Assembly: GCA_040954595.2 (NCBI GenBank)
Contig: CM082584.2
Location: 2,201,344-2,265,343, forward strand
Direction of reading: 5' to 3'
DNA: 64,000 nt
Source: Balanoglossus misakiensis
Taxonomy: Eukaryota; Animalia; Hemichordata
The stretch's first letter is position 1. Each line of letters opens with the position of its first letter. The notes under the pieces are model-generated. The model ran no database searches, had not been told where the DNA came from, and saw only the letters and a program-made list of their open reading frames with translations. Position numbers and translations under genes: made by a program. Below, piece after piece: positions 1 to 13,257 of the stretch.

Positions 1-3000
1 GGCTAACCAATAGGGCTATAGGTTTGGTTTTTGTTGAACGTGGACCAGTATAGGGTCAAAATTTATTGCCCAAATTTTGCATGACCTCAGGTGACCTTTG
101 ACCTACTTTACCATATCTTGGCATCCAGAGCAGATACAGAATTGGCGTTTGGATGGTTGGGACTAAAATTGAAAAGCCAAATTGGGGGGTCACCTGTGAC
201 ACCTGCCTACCTCATTAATTATGTGCATACCTAATTCCAGGCTAACCAATAGGGCTATAGGTTTGGTTTTTGATGAACATGGACCAGTATAGGGTCAAAA
301 TTTCTCGCCCAAATTTTGCATGACCTCAGGTGACCTTTGACCTACTTTTCCATATCTTGGCATCCAGAGCAGATATGCTTATTGCTATGTTGCTATGTGC
401 TATGTTGGCTTGGGCCCGCCATTGCTGCTTGCAGCTATATTTAGGGCCCAAGCCCAGCAGGCTTGGGCCCTATTGGTATTACTGGGATTTTTCTTCTACT
501 TCTTCTTCTTCTTCTTCTTGTGTCGTTTTTTTGTCTAGCTAGATCTGGAGAACGGCTGAACCTACCAATTTCAAACTTAGCACAATGGTGCAGGCCAATG
601 AGAGCTGGTGCAGTACCCTCGTGAATGTTTAATTAGTCACGTGACCTGATGACCATATATGGGCAAAATTTTCAAATCGCCCTAATTTGCATATGAATTG
701 AGATATCAAAATTCTGTTCAGATACTTTGTGGACCATATGGCCAGGGTTCTACATGCCAAATGTCAAGGCCATAGGCCATGTCAATTTTGAGGAGAAGAT
801 TTTTAAGTATTATTTTCCATATTTTTCGCCCAAGCCATCGGCCTATACTTTACATAGTAAAGCTATGACCACATATTATGTTGGATAAATATGCATACAT
901 ATCTCAAAATCTGTTAGGCTGATCATCTCAAACTTTGGTGTGCAGCTAGCCTAGCATTTGTCAATCATTTTAAGCGAAAAAAAATAATATGAAAAATCGA
1001 CCGATTTTTTTATATTAATTTTTTTAATTAAATTTATACCTTTTTACTTATACCTCTATAGTTAAGCTATGAACACTAAACGTCTTAGTGTGGAATTCTG
1101 GTCTGTGCAACGGTCCTGTACAGTGACTGTGTATTGGGCAGTGAGCATAATGGGACCAAAATAACAGGCAAAATTTTGGGCTCACCTGTAACACCTGCTT
1201 AACTCATTAATTATGTGCATACCTAATTCTGGGCTAACTAAGAGGGCTAGAGGTTTCGTTCTTGTTGGATATGGACCAGTATAGGGTCAATATTTCTTGC
1301 CAAAATGTTGCATGACCTCAGGTGACCTTTGACCTACTTTCCTATATCTCGGCATCCAGAGCAGGTATAGATTTGGCATTTGGAGGGTTGGGACTAAAAT
1401 TGAAAAGCCAAAATTGGGGATCACCTGTGACACCTGCCTACCTCATTAATTATGTGCATACCTAATTCCAGGCTAACCAATAGGGCTAGAGGTTTGATTT
1501 ATGCTGAACATGGACCAGTATGGGGTCAAAATTTTTTGCCCAAATTTTGGGTGACCTCAGGTGACCTTTGACCTACTTTACCATATGTCGGCATCCACAG
1601 CAGATACAGCCTTGGCATTTGGACGGATGGAACTCCTGATGGAGCCTTACAATTTATCTCATTAATTATGCACATACCTAATTGTAGGCGAACCAATAGA
1701 GCTAGAGATTTTGTTCTTGTGGTACACGGACCAGTATGGGGTCAAAATTTCTTGCCCAAATTTTGGGTGACCGCTTATGACCTTTGACCTTCGGCTTAAG
1801 CTTGGGCCCGTCATCGCTGCTTGCAGCTATATTTATTATTATTATTATTCTTCTTCTTCTTCCGAGAAATTCGGCAAGGTAGATCTGGAAAACCGCAGCA
1901 CCTAGGGGGCTGAAACTTGGTAGGGTGATAGGGGCCAATGAGTAGACGTGCAGTGGCCCGTGAATATTTAATTAGTCATGTGACCTGGCCGCCATATTGG
2001 ATTTCCTGAAAACCGTTAAATGAGTCCTTCTCAAAAACTACAAGGCCGATCGAGTTCAAATTTGGTGTGCAGGTAGCCTACCTTCTGTCCATCATTTTAC
2101 CCCATTGAAATCATGACGTCACACATAAAGTTTTTTTGCTACAATTGTTTTTCTTAAAAAATACTTAAAACTTTAAAAATCTTCTTCTCCAGAACCAGCG
2201 GTTACCGAGTCTCGGGATTTGGGATATGTGGTCACCTAACCTATGTCTATCAAGTTTGCGAAGCACACTGTGATTGGTCGATCATTATGGCGGCCATGTT
2301 GGATTTTCGGAAAACCATTGAAAAATGAAAATTCCGTTTTGTAGCCAAATAATTGACAGCACGGAAATTCTTTTTTTGGATATGAGTCATCATATGACCG
2401 GAAGTTGTCACAATTTTTCGGGGCAATTTTCACATGACCTTTGACCCAGTTTTAAAACAACTAATTATATATGCATATTCAACATACCTCCTCTTGTCAA
2501 AGCACCACAGTCATGAATTTTGTGGACATGGGTACCAATGCAGCCAGGACATGGCACAAATATTTTGGTAATTTTGGCAATGACCCTTGACCTATTTCTG
2601 AAACATCATTTTTCTGCATATCTAATTCCAGGCTAACCAATAGGGCTAGAGGTCTGGTTTTAGTTGGACATGGCCCACTCTGGGGTCAAAATTTTATGCC
2701 CAAATTTTGGGTGACCTTGGATGACCTTTGATCTACTTTCCCATATCTCAGCATCCACAGCAGTTAGAGTCCTGGCTTTTGGGGGGCAGATGGAGCACAT
2801 ATGGAGTCTTACACAAGACCTCATTAATTATGCGCATACCTAATTTTAGGCGAACCAATAGAGCTAGGGGTCTTGTTTTTGTTGGACCTAGACTTATATG
2901 GGGTCCAATTTTTTTGCCCAAATTTAGGGTGACCTTAGGTGACCTTTGACCTACTTTCCCATATCTTTGTATCCCCAGCAGATACAGCCGTGGCATTTGC

Positions 3001-3052
3001 TGGTCACCATGGGAACCGCTTGTGCCCCGCCAACGCTGCTTGCAGCTTTAAT
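1..3052 (-). mobile_element. Cluster of non-autonomous Helentron (Helitron2/HINE-like) units: end of a type-A unit (1-440), a full type-A unit (442-1832) and a type-B body (1833-3052)
   Basis: Units end in GCTGCTTGCAGCT(A/T)TA(T/A)T at 440, ~1832 and 3052. Terminal hairpin TAGGGCCCAAGCC-CAGCA-GGCTTGGGCCCTA at 442-472. (TTC)n tract follows the hairpin. Internal ~240-bp subrepeats contain TGACCTTTGACC. The same families make up 28113-52120. Strand inferred from recalled fish Helentron termini and from the linked autonomous ORF. Confidence 0.85.
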
Positions 3053-4088
3053 GTTAAGCTTATTCCTATCTCAACTTATTCCAACACAATGTTCAATGAG
3101 AACTTTTAATTGTAACAACTGACATTTCACATCAAAAGCAACACTGTTCTGGAAATGACGACAACTGTTATAAGAGGTTCATTTATGTATTTATGTATTT
3201 TGGACTGGAGACTGCTTTGCAAAATTCACCTCAATGGGCCTTAATATTAAATACACCATCAAACACTGTGTGAAATAGCCTGAATCCACCAAGGATTGTT
3301 GTGGATTCTTTCGTGGATTCTTACAGAATCCAGTAGAATCCTGAGATATCCATCGTGGATACTCAGAGAATCCACATATAATCCAATAGTGGATTCTGTC
3401 AAATACGGAACACTTTCAGAATCCACAATAGAATCCTTTACAGTATTTCAGTGGATTCTCTGTAACAGTTCCCAGAGAAATCTTTGCTTGATTTTGATGG
3501 ATTCTGCATGAGAGTAATAATCGTGGGGTTACGCCCATTCCCTCAAAATTTCCCATGTGACCTTGCAGCTAGAAAATGGCATTAAATATCACCGATATTT
3601 GCTGCCTTTAGTTTTAGAAAGAAAGCCACTATAATAATTGAGATATACGATCGGAATTTTGTTCAAGCGTGCTCTAGTCATGCTCTTTTGCATTGGACAC
3701 GGAATGTGTAAATTCAGAACTTTTATTCCATTTACTGTTTTATTTCGATTAGGAGTACAATGGGACCTATTTGGGATGTAGTAATTTTAATTCATGTTTT
3801 ATCTTTTTTATTAAGAAATGTATATGTTTGTGTTTGCAATTATGTTCGTGTTACACTAGGTTCCTTGATTCATAATGTATTCCGGGCCGGGGCCATTGTT
3901 TCTGAGTTGTAATTGTGGTGATGGCAAACGCCTGTCTGCTTTTGAACTTTCACAGTTGAATGCTTCAATAATAAATTCCTGACTTTGGATGAACTTCTGT
4001 GCTTGAGTTTGTACTCCTTCCAGATGACTCATTCCCGTGGGGAAACAAATAAACATACATAATGATTACCTTTTGTTATTATGCAATG

Positions 4089-4172
4089 CTTTAGCACCTC
4101 CAACTGGTCATGCCTTTTAGCACCTCCAACTGGACATGCCTTTTAGCACCTTCAACTGGACATGCCTTTTAC
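4089..4172 (+). repeat. Minisatellite, about 3 copies of a 26-27 bp unit
   Basis: CTTTTAGCACCT(C/T)CAACTGG(A/T)CATGC repeated three times. Confidence 0.85.
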
Positions 4173-4760
4173 ACCTGGAACTACATTTATGTGGAATTGA
4201 CTTTTGTTCTGATGGAGGTCTCATGTTCCATGGCTCTAGTCACTTCATGCATTTCAATACATTTTTGACAGGCGGATACAACTGGTCGAGAATTCTATGA
4301 TCACAGTATTACATTGGTAAAGTAAATCTGATAAGTTCTAGAGAACAGAAAATTCCTCAAAGTTGTTTTGTTTTTCTGATGAGACGGTTGTTTTACCACA
4401 CAAGCATTCAACCAGTTGAGGCTAGAGCATACTTTAGCAGGAAAAAATGTTACATATATTACCTTGTTATAACTCCTGGCAAGCATTGGATAATTGAACG
4501 GCTGTCCTGAGCTGGTGCGACTTGATGCGTTGTGCCACAGATGATGATGATGATAGATAGTTTATATCACCAGAAAGATGCATTTTACATAACTGGTGCG
4601 GACCAGGGAAGTAGTTCTAGTGGAACTAGTCGTGTCCCTGGCCCTAAATACATACAAATCATTGAAACAATTAATATAATTGCCAATTCATATCACAAAA
4701 CAATAGTTGGTAGTCAAACAACGCGGTGACAAAGTAAACAGGTTTATAAAAGAGGTTAAA

Positions 4761-7700
4761 TTAATCTATGCTCAACAGATACATTTTCAGAGAGCTTTTA
4801 AATAAATTCCTTGATTGAATTGATTTTATTTGTGTAGGAATTTCATTCCAATGCTTGGCAATAGAATAGTATAAATTATTTTGAGATGAAGTAAGTTTTA
4901 CTTTGGGAAGCGTAAACTTATCAGTAGAGGCAAATCTTGTAAAATATTTGTGTGATACAAATGAAGCATAGCGATCTAGTGAGTGGGCGTAATGCCCTGC
5001 CTTTAGATCATACGCAAAAACACAAGTTTGAAATTTACAGAGTTTGTAAACATTAAGAATTCCAAGTTGCTGAAAAAGTGGTGCACTATGTGTATTGGGG
5101 CTAGAAAATGTTATAAGTCTTACAAGTCTCTTTTGCAATTTGAAAATACAATCTAAATAGGTTTTATACGCATTTCCCCATATTTCGCTACAATACATTA
5201 TATGGGGAAGGATAAGACAATTGTATAATAATAAAATTATAGACTTAGGGAGATAATGGCGTACATATGAAATAATACCGATTTTTTGGCTAACCTTCTT
5301 AAAAATAATGTTGATGTGAGACTTCCAGGATAATGATGAGTCAAGAGTAACTCCAAGATAAACAGCAGATGAAACATTTTGTATTGGTAAATCAGAGACA
5401 TATAAATCCCCCTCAGGATTAAATTTTGCCTGGGCTGTTTTGAAAATAACATAGTTTGTTTTGTCAATATTAATAGTAAGTTTATTTGACTTACACCAGG
5501 TCTGTACTTTAGTTAGCTAAACATTCAGAGTGGCAAGATCGATTTTGTCCTGCTTATCTGAACAAAATAAATTGGTATCATCTTCAAATAACCTGAATTG
5601 AAAATAGTCTGAGGACCTGCAGATATCATTTATATATACTAGAAAAAGAAGTGGACCTAGAATTGATCCCTGTGGAATCCCACAGGAGATCCTTTTCACT
5701 TTTGAAGTATAATTATTGACCTTGACATACTGTTGTCGGTCTTCTATATAAGTCTTAAACCAATTAAGTGTGGATCCCCTAATCCCATAGTGGCATAGCT
5801 TAGCTAACAAAATTGTGTGGTTAATCGTATCAAATGCCTTTTTAAAATCAATAAAGATACCAAAGGTAACAAGACCGTTATCAATGTGCTTTGATATTTC
5901 AGTTGTGAGATCTGCTAAAGCTAACTTAGTACTATATTTCTTACGAAGTCCATATTGGCTGTTAGTGAGAATATCAAATTTTTCGAAAAAAGAACACAGT
6001 TGCTTATTTACAATAGACTCATACAGCTTACTAAAGATTGGCAAGACAGAGATAGGTCTGTAATTTCCTATTTCATGAACACAACCCTTTTTAAAAATTG
6101 GTGTTACTCTTGCCATTTTCAGTTTCTCTGGAAAAATACCCTGTGGCAAGGAAATATTAACAATATGAGCAAATGGTTCTGTAATATAATCAGCTGCTTC
6201 CTTTACAAGTTTTGGATATATTTCATCAAAACCAGCAGCTTTACAATGGTCTAATAAATTAATTTCTCTGAGTATATCACCAGAATGCACAGGATGGAAA
6301 AAGAACGAATTAAAATGACGAATACCAAGGTAATCATTGAAATTAGTGCTACAATGTATTTGTGATGCTAGATTTTGTCCAATGTTGACAAAAAAAGAAT
6401 TAAAAGCGTCAGCTATATCAATATTTTTGGTAACAAAATTCCCAGGGTTTTTGTCATCTTTTATTTTTTGTGGAGCATTAACCTTTGAATTTTTGTTCAG
6501 GATTTCATTGATGACTTGCCATTTTTTGTGGTCCTTCCCAGAGGCTACAGACAGTTGCAATTTATCACAAAAATACTTCTTTTTTGCTCGTCGCATCAGC
6601 TTTGTTAACAGGTTGCGATAAAGTTTGTACTCTTGATGAATAGATGAGCTTGCAGAATGGCGTTTTGTTTTGGAGAACATCTTATGCTTGTTTTTAATTG
6701 AGACCAGAAGTCCTTTTGTGATCCATGGTTTCCGTAAGCGCTTACGCTGGTTTGAACACCGTTTGACTGGCACGTGTCTTGTTGCCATATCATGAAACAA
6801 TTTGTAAAAGGTATTATAGGCAACATTCGGATCATTAGAGTCGTAAACATCCTGCCAAGAAATATTTGCAAAGTCATTTTTATAAGAAACTGGATCAAAT
6901 GAAGAAAAATCACACTTGAAATCAGTTGTTTCAACATTGAATACATGGCGTAAATCCTTAAAGATGTCAAAGATGGGATAATGGTCACTTATATCAGTCT
7001 GTATTATAACACACCATGCAGCGAACCCTCGATCGTGATTCGTCAATACGACGTCACGTGACATTAGTCATTTCGAACTGTTGCCTAGGGCATCAGTTCG
7101 ATCGGTTTGGTGTGTTATAAAACACATGATGACTGACATATTCGGGCAACAGTGTATTTTTAATGACCTCGGGACTGCCAGTCACACCAAAACAGTCTGT
7201 TTCCCTCGGGCTATGCCCTCGGGAAAACAAGACTGTTTTAGTTGTGACTAGCAGCACCTCGGTCATCAAAATACACTGTTGCCCTCATTGTCAGTCATCA
7301 TGTGTATACTGTCTCACTTTCAATGAACTGGTCACGAAAATTTACATGACAATGATCTATTAATGTGTAGCGATATATTCATTAAAGACAGTGTTATCGC
7401 CATCTATATTTATATTGAAATCCCCTAGTAAAACGCATTTTTTGTTGGTAATGCGTAGATTATCAAGACAATCTGATAAACTGGTTAAAAATTCCTGAGT
7501 AGGTGTATTTGGTCTGCGATATATGACACCTATGATGACCTTGCTTTTTTCAAGTAGGATTTCAACAAAAAGACATTCGCAATGTTGGAGAACAACTGAG
7601 TCTATTATAGAGTATGATAACGACTCGTGTAAATAGAGACCAACACCTCCTCCTCTGGAAACAGCTCTACATTTATGAACAAAGTCGTATGAAGGGAGGT

Positions 7701-7923
7701 TATATAATGATGCATCAACACCTGGGTCTAGCCATGTTTCACTGAGGGCAATGACAGAAAATTTGCATTTCAATAGCGACAGAACAACTGACAAGTCATC
7801 AAAGTGACGTCTGATCGATCTAATATTCAAATGAAGAGTTGAAAATGACTGCAGAGTCAGAAGGGAATCGTTTGCATTAAATTCGTCCAAAGTATAAGAA
7901 TTACAATTATAGTTACTTTGCAA
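4761..7923 (-). pseudogene. LINE ORF2 (APE endonuclease + reverse transcriptase), disrupted
   Basis: APE motifs HLNIRS, LSETWL, GGGVGLY, YRRP, GDFN, SDH. RT motifs NYRPISVLP, DFKKAFDT, GIPQGSILGPLLF, FEDDT. C-terminus YCSEIWG...LQKR...PLF. Broken by a deletion/frameshift near 7365, an insertion at 7005-7306, a TAG at 5517-5519 and further frameshifts. Confidence 0.92.
7005..7306. mobile_element. 302-bp non-autonomous hairpin element inserted at TA in LINE ORF2 (possibly Crypton-type)
   Basis: Removing it rejoins GAG ACA GTA ATA CAG ACT GAT ATA AGT GAC CAT (ETVIQTDISDH). It contains the inverted pair ATAACACACCA/TGGTGTGTTAT and a ~185-bp imperfect palindrome (7122-7305) centred on CCCTCGGGC-TAT-GCCCTCGGG. 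Family assignment is tentative. Confidence 0.8.
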
Positions 7924-7990
7924 GAAGTGGTCTGTGGTTTCGCCGATGATGAGTTTGCTTGTACACTATGATGTAGTAGTTAAAGGACGC

Positions 7991-8473
7991 CTAGCAGATT
8001 TTGGCGAGACTTTCCTCATTCGGAATGTAGACAGTTGGTGACCCGTCGACTTTCTTTGTCAGGATTTTTCCGTATTGCGTCCACAAGTATTTCCATCCAT
8101 ATTCTTTTCTTCTGGCATTTACCTTTGTGAATAAAGATCTTCGTCCTGGTGTCAGATTTTCGTTGATGTATATCTTGTTTTCTACTTGGTAGCCAATGTC
8201 CGATGTTTTGAAGCGAGACATATTTTTGCGTTGCTTGTAGACCGCGTCACGAATTTTTCTTCTGGTGAAACGCACAATGATTGCGGCAGGAAACCGGGTA
8301 TTGGTACCGTGGTCAATGTGTTCATTGCCGAGTGCTTGACGTTTCTTGATTCGATGTGACACGTCAATATCTGAACTGGTTATGTCTTTTTCTATGAGTT
8401 GGATGACTTTAAGGGCTACTGTATCAGTATTTTCATTTGGCAATTCTGGTATACCTCTTATTTCAAGATACAC
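7991..8473 (-). pseudogene. LINE ORF1 C-terminal fragment (Transposase_22/RRM-like plus FP25K-like C-terminus)
   Basis: Motifs LEIRGIPE, IDVSHRI, IIVRF, IYINENLT and WKYLWT.YGKIL are typical of CR1-group ORF1. The N-terminus is missing. Confidence 0.85.
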
Positions 8474-10306
8474 CTACGAACCTCTCAATTTAACCAAGCT
8501 ACTGTGCATTTCTCGACCAAGCATACAAAATTAAACAATATGCGTTGTAACACACCAAAGCGGTCGAGTCCAGGACTGAACCAAGAGCACAGAGAATTTA
8601 AATGTTTAAATCAATTACTACTTAGAGAGAAATCATGGCTTAATCTCAGTTCAAATTGCATATTAGTGCTGAACGTCCACTTTAGCTTAGACATCGCAAC
8701 CATTAGCATGAAGCCCGAGTAATTAGTCAGTTATGTGAAAAATACAATGTTTCAAACTTTTAAGATTTTTAAAATTTTGTTGGTGACCCTTCCATGTTGC
8801 TATGCTCAACTTCGCCTTTGAAACCCAAAATGCATAACGGCAACAGAATCCAATGGTTTGAATGATGGATTCTCGCTCTTACTGTTAGACAGTAATACCG
8901 CAATGCATTGTGGTAACAGTATCCAGCGGTATCCACAAAGGATTCTGAAATGTATTCTCAAATACCAAAGATTTGTGGATACTGTGAGAATCCATTGTAT
9001 ATTCTTATGCTGGATACCATCTAGAGGATATCGAAGGATTCTCTGTGGATTCCATTGTATATTGTAAGAATCCATCAAAATGGATTCTGTTGTAACTCGA
9101 TGGATACGGAACATTTCACACAGTGAAAACTTGTGCACATGTAAAGTGGGAAAGAATATTTTGACACATGACTTATGGATATCATATGTATAAACTTGCA
9201 GCAAGTTATTTGTAATGTCAATGGAAGAAAGAACAGGACGAAGATACTTTAGCCATCGCCCAAGAAATCTTATCATCTTACTGTTAACCACCACATACCT
9301 AAATAGAGAATAATGTATATGTATTACACGAAAAATTAAACTGTATTTACTAAGTGAACATCTACAAGAAAAGTAATTGCTGTTAGAAATTAGCAAATGG
9401 TTATTTCGAGTATAACACGCAACCGGCCCGGGCGACGATGCATTTCAAGGCTCAGGTAGCCAGAGCCTATCGCAACACAGTAAGTGCACGATATGTGCAC
9501 ACATGGATATTTCTCTGTCAATTAATGTGCAGTTGCGCTATATGCTAACAGAGAGGTCCCAAAATAGGCGTACATGATTTCAGAGATGCTAGTTTATTAA
9601 ATCTTTATCGAAGCTTCTCCATGCAACTGGAAAACATCTTTGTTGGCCTTGTAACTGTCATAAGTCGCTGGCTATGAAACAGACACTCTATTTGACAAAA
9701 GTGCATTTTCCGTCATTAATCTCTATAATAAAACTGGCACAACTATCTGTAACTTGTGACTATTTTGTCAGTTTTATTGTTCTGTGTGTAAACCATGGTT
9801 TCTTGTTCGGCTCCCTATATCAGGATTAGTATTTGTCTTCTCAACTCTACCAGCATGTGTTTTTGTTGACAAAAAATGCATTCAAGCCCGGACTTGAATG
9901 CATTTCTTAATAGTAAGAATGGTCTACACACGTAAACATGACTTGTTGACTCATAGACATTTTGGGATAAATTCCAGGCAGGAGAACAAGAAAATGTGTG
10001 ATGTGGTTGAAACATAAAACAAAAATTCTGAGAGAAGAACCAGATTCAAATAAATGCCCGTTAATGCATTTATTTAAACCAATTTGAGAAAAAATGAAAC
10101 AAATAACGCAAGTGAGGTTGAACTATTAAGCTTAGAATATTTATTTCCAGGTAATTGTCATATGTAAATGGCTTCAGTGTGATATTTTTGCATCCTGCAT
10201 CGTATCATGGACAGTCATCTCAACATATAACTGTTATGTCAGAATGAAAGTCAGGATGAAAATTACTGTTAGGGACATTTTTAAAGAAAAACGCATGTAT
10301 GATCAT

Positions 10307-11610
10307 GGCTAACCTTCTTAAAAATAATGTTGATGTGAGACTTCCAGGATAATGATGAGTCAAGAGTAACTCCAAGATAAACAGCAGATGAAACATTTTG
10401 TATTGGTAAATCAGAGACATATAAATCCCCCTCAGGATTAAATTTTGCCTGGGCTGTTTTGAAAATAACATAGTTTGTTTTGTCAATATTAATAGTAAGT
10501 TTATTTGACTTACACCAGGTCTGTACTTTAGTTAGCTAAACATTCAGAGTGGCAAGATCGATTTTGTCCTGCTTATCTGAACAAAATAAATTGGTATCAT
10601 CTTCAAATAACCTGAGTTGAAAATAGTCTGAGGACCTGCAGATATCATTTATATATACTAGAAAAAGAAGTGGACCTAGAATTGATCCCTGTGGAATCCC
10701 ACAGGAGATCCTTTTCACTTTTGAAGTATAATTATTGACCTTGACATACTGTTGTCGGTCTTCTATATAAGTCTTAAACCAATTAAGTGTGGATCCCCTA
10801 ATCCCATAGTGGCATAGCTTAGCTAACAAAATTGTGTGGTTAATCGTATCAAATGCCTTTTAAAACTCAATGAAGATACCGTTATCAATGTGCTTTTTCA
10901 GTTGTGAGATCTGCTAAAGCTAACTTGGTACTAAATTTCTTACGAAATCCATATTGGCTGTTAGTGGGAATATCAATTTTTTCAAAAAAAGAACACAGTT
11001 GCTTATTTACAATAGACTCGTACAGCTTACGAAAGATTGGCAAGACAGAGATAGGTTTGTAATTTCCTATATCATGAACACAACCCTTTTTAAAAATTGG
11101 TGTTACTCTTGCCATTTTCAGTTTCTCTGGAAAAATACCCTGTGACAAGGAAATATTAACAATATGAGCAAATGGTTCTGTAATATAATCAGCTGATTCC
11201 TTTACAAGTTTTGGATAAATATCATCAAAACCAGCAGCTTTACAATGATCTAATACATTAATTTCTCTGAGTATATCACCAGAATGCACAGGATGGAAAA
11301 AGAAAGAATGAAAATGACGAATACCAAGGCAATCATTGAAATTAGCGCTACAATGTATTTGTGATGCTAGATAGCGCTACAATGTATTTGTGATGCTAGA
11401 TTTTGTCCAATGTTGACAAAAAAAAAATTAAAGGCGTCAGCTATATCAATATTTTTAGTAACAAAATTCCCGGGGTGTTTGTCATCTTTTATTTTTTGTG
11501 GAGCATTAACCTTTGAATTTTTGTTCAAGATTTCATTGATGACTTGCCATTTTTTGTGGTCCTTCCCAGAGGCTACAGACAGTTGCAATTTATCACAAAA
11601 ATACTTCTTT
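10307..11610 (-). pseudogene. Second, internal fragment of the same LINE RT region
   Basis: Aligns by eye to ~5287-6580. Both ends are truncated and there is no tail. It has a small internal duplication (~11343-11400) and short deletions. Confidence 0.9.
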
Positions 11611-11650
11611 GTGTGGTTGAACTATAAGGCTAAGAATATTTATCTCCAAG

Positions 11651-11852
11651 TACATGTGTATATGTAGTGAATGAACGCTCAACCACAGACAACTTCCATC
11701 CCACTTGTAGATACGACAGTGAAAAATCACGCCAATATAAATAATTGGTCTCTACCATCAATTCATGTTGGGTGAGGTTCTACTCTCTTATCATACAAGC
11801 AGGATGGAAGTTGTGTGTGATTGAACGTCCATTCACTACATATTCACATGTA
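11651..11852. mobile_element. MITE with ~50-bp TIRs and TA ends
   Basis: TACATGTGTATATGTAGTGAATGAACGCTCAACCACAGACAACTTCCATCC versus its near reverse complement ending at 11852. A second, diverged copy lies at ~26423-26580. Confidence 0.8.
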
Positions 11853-12510
11853 CATTAACATAAACGGTATCTTGTATCAAACATAATTGATGGAAAAGGG
11901 CAGCAAGAGAGAGGACTTTGTCCTTTTAAGATTACATATCAACGGAAAATGGTCAGATCCAAACACTGTAGGGATTTCAAACCGAGTGATATACAGAAAC
12001 AATCTTGTTGAAATACAACAATAATTCACTGTACTTCTACCTCTGTTTGCTATACAAGTACAGTTACCATCCTCGTCTCCGGGAACTCTCCCATTTAAAC
12101 AAAATGAACAGAAAGTGTACAACACAATGATATCAAACTTAGACCGAATTTTTTTAGTTTTATGTTTTGACTGTCGTGGGATTGTATAGTGAGACTTTCC
12201 CTCTCTGAGACCTCTCGCCGCAGCAGAAGTAATTTTGCAAGTATGCCTTAGGTGGGATATTGTGGTATAGGATAACGTTACATCGTACCTGAATTCGATA
12301 CAATGTGCTGATGGCGTAAACATGCTACGAAACTCGATGCTTTATTCTTCTGTGCGGCACGCGAATTCTATCAGCCATCTGGTGCGTGCACAGAACAACT
12401 CACATTCGCGTTTGGTATCTTCACTAACAACCATCCACTCCCTTGCAATTGTCACGAGATTTGCTCGACATTTCCGCAGTTTACACGTCTCCCAAGATAT
12501 ATCTAATGCC

Positions 12511-13170
12511 AACATCAATAAAAGACTTGGACACACCCCTTTGTCTATATATGGGAATATACAAATTAGAAGTATTGTATTCCTTTAAATTCAGTACTAC
12601 ATTCTTGGTTTCCGACGATTAAACAAGCATGCTTCTTCCAAAATATATCTAATAACAACATCAATAAAAGACTTGGACACACCCCTTTGTCTATATATGG
12701 GAATATACAAATTAGAAGTATTGTATTCCTTTAAATTCAGTACTACATTCTTGGTTTCCGACGATTAAACAAGCATGCTTCTTCCAAAATATATCTAATA
12801 AAAACATCAATAAAAGACTTGGACACACCCCTTTGTCTATATATGGGAATATACAAATTAGAAGTATTGTATTCCTTTAAATTCAGTACTACATTCTTGG
12901 TTTCCGACGATTAAACAAGCATGCTTCTTCCAAAATATATCTAATAAAAACATCAATAAAAGACTTGGACACACCCCTTTGTCTATATATGGGAATATAC
13001 AAATTAGAAGTATTGTATTCCTTTAAATTCAGTACTACATTCTTGGTTTCCGACGATTAAACAAGCATGCTTCTTCCAAAATATATCTAATAAAAACATC
13101 AATAAAAGACTTAGACACACGTTGTTTACCATATATGGGATTATTTAAATTAGAGGTTGATTATTCTTTT
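12511..13170 (+). repeat. 146-bp tandem repeat: 4 near-identical copies plus a diverged partial fifth
   Basis: AACATCAATAAAAGACTT starts at 12511, 12657, 12803, 12949 and 13095. Confidence 0.95.
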
Positions 13171-13172
13171 AC

Positions 13173-13257
13173 CCCTTTCACCACTATAGTCCAGTCCAAA
13201 CCAGTTGTTTTCCATGGGAAGGTTGGACATCTATAGAGGGGTCTGGGCTTGAAAGGG
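13173..13257. mobile_element. Very small piggyBac-like MITE
   Basis: CCCTTTCA...TGAAAGGG followed by TTAA (left target site degenerate). It sits at the position of the TTAA in the 146-bp repeat unit (ATTCCTTTAAATTCAG). Confidence 0.55.

Larger units (their letters stand above)
4540..8480 (-). mobile_element. 5'-truncated, decayed CR1-group LINE (Crack/L2/Daphne-like)
   Basis: On the minus strand: ORF1 C-terminal part, APE, RT, 3' UTR, then a (CAT)n-type tail at ~4540-4560 (plus strand ATGATGATGATGATAGATAG). The 5' boundary is approximate. Confidence 0.9.
3264..9125. mobile_element. Non-autonomous CACTA/EnSpm-type (CACTG) DNA transposon carrying a nested LINE
   Basis: 13-bp TIR CACTGTGTGAAAT (3264-3276) / ATTTCACACAGTG (9113-9125), flanked by AAA on both sides. 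Dense GGATTC/GAATCC subterminal repeats in both orientations at ~3280-3510 and ~8845-9105. No transposase seen. Confidence 0.8.

Noticed and set aside
8806-9396. 196-aa minus-strand ORF
   Set aside because: Overlaps the CACTG subterminal repeats and flank; low-information translation with no domain.
11877-12588. ORFs of 148, 88 and 64 aa
   Set aside because: No recognisable motifs or exon structure.
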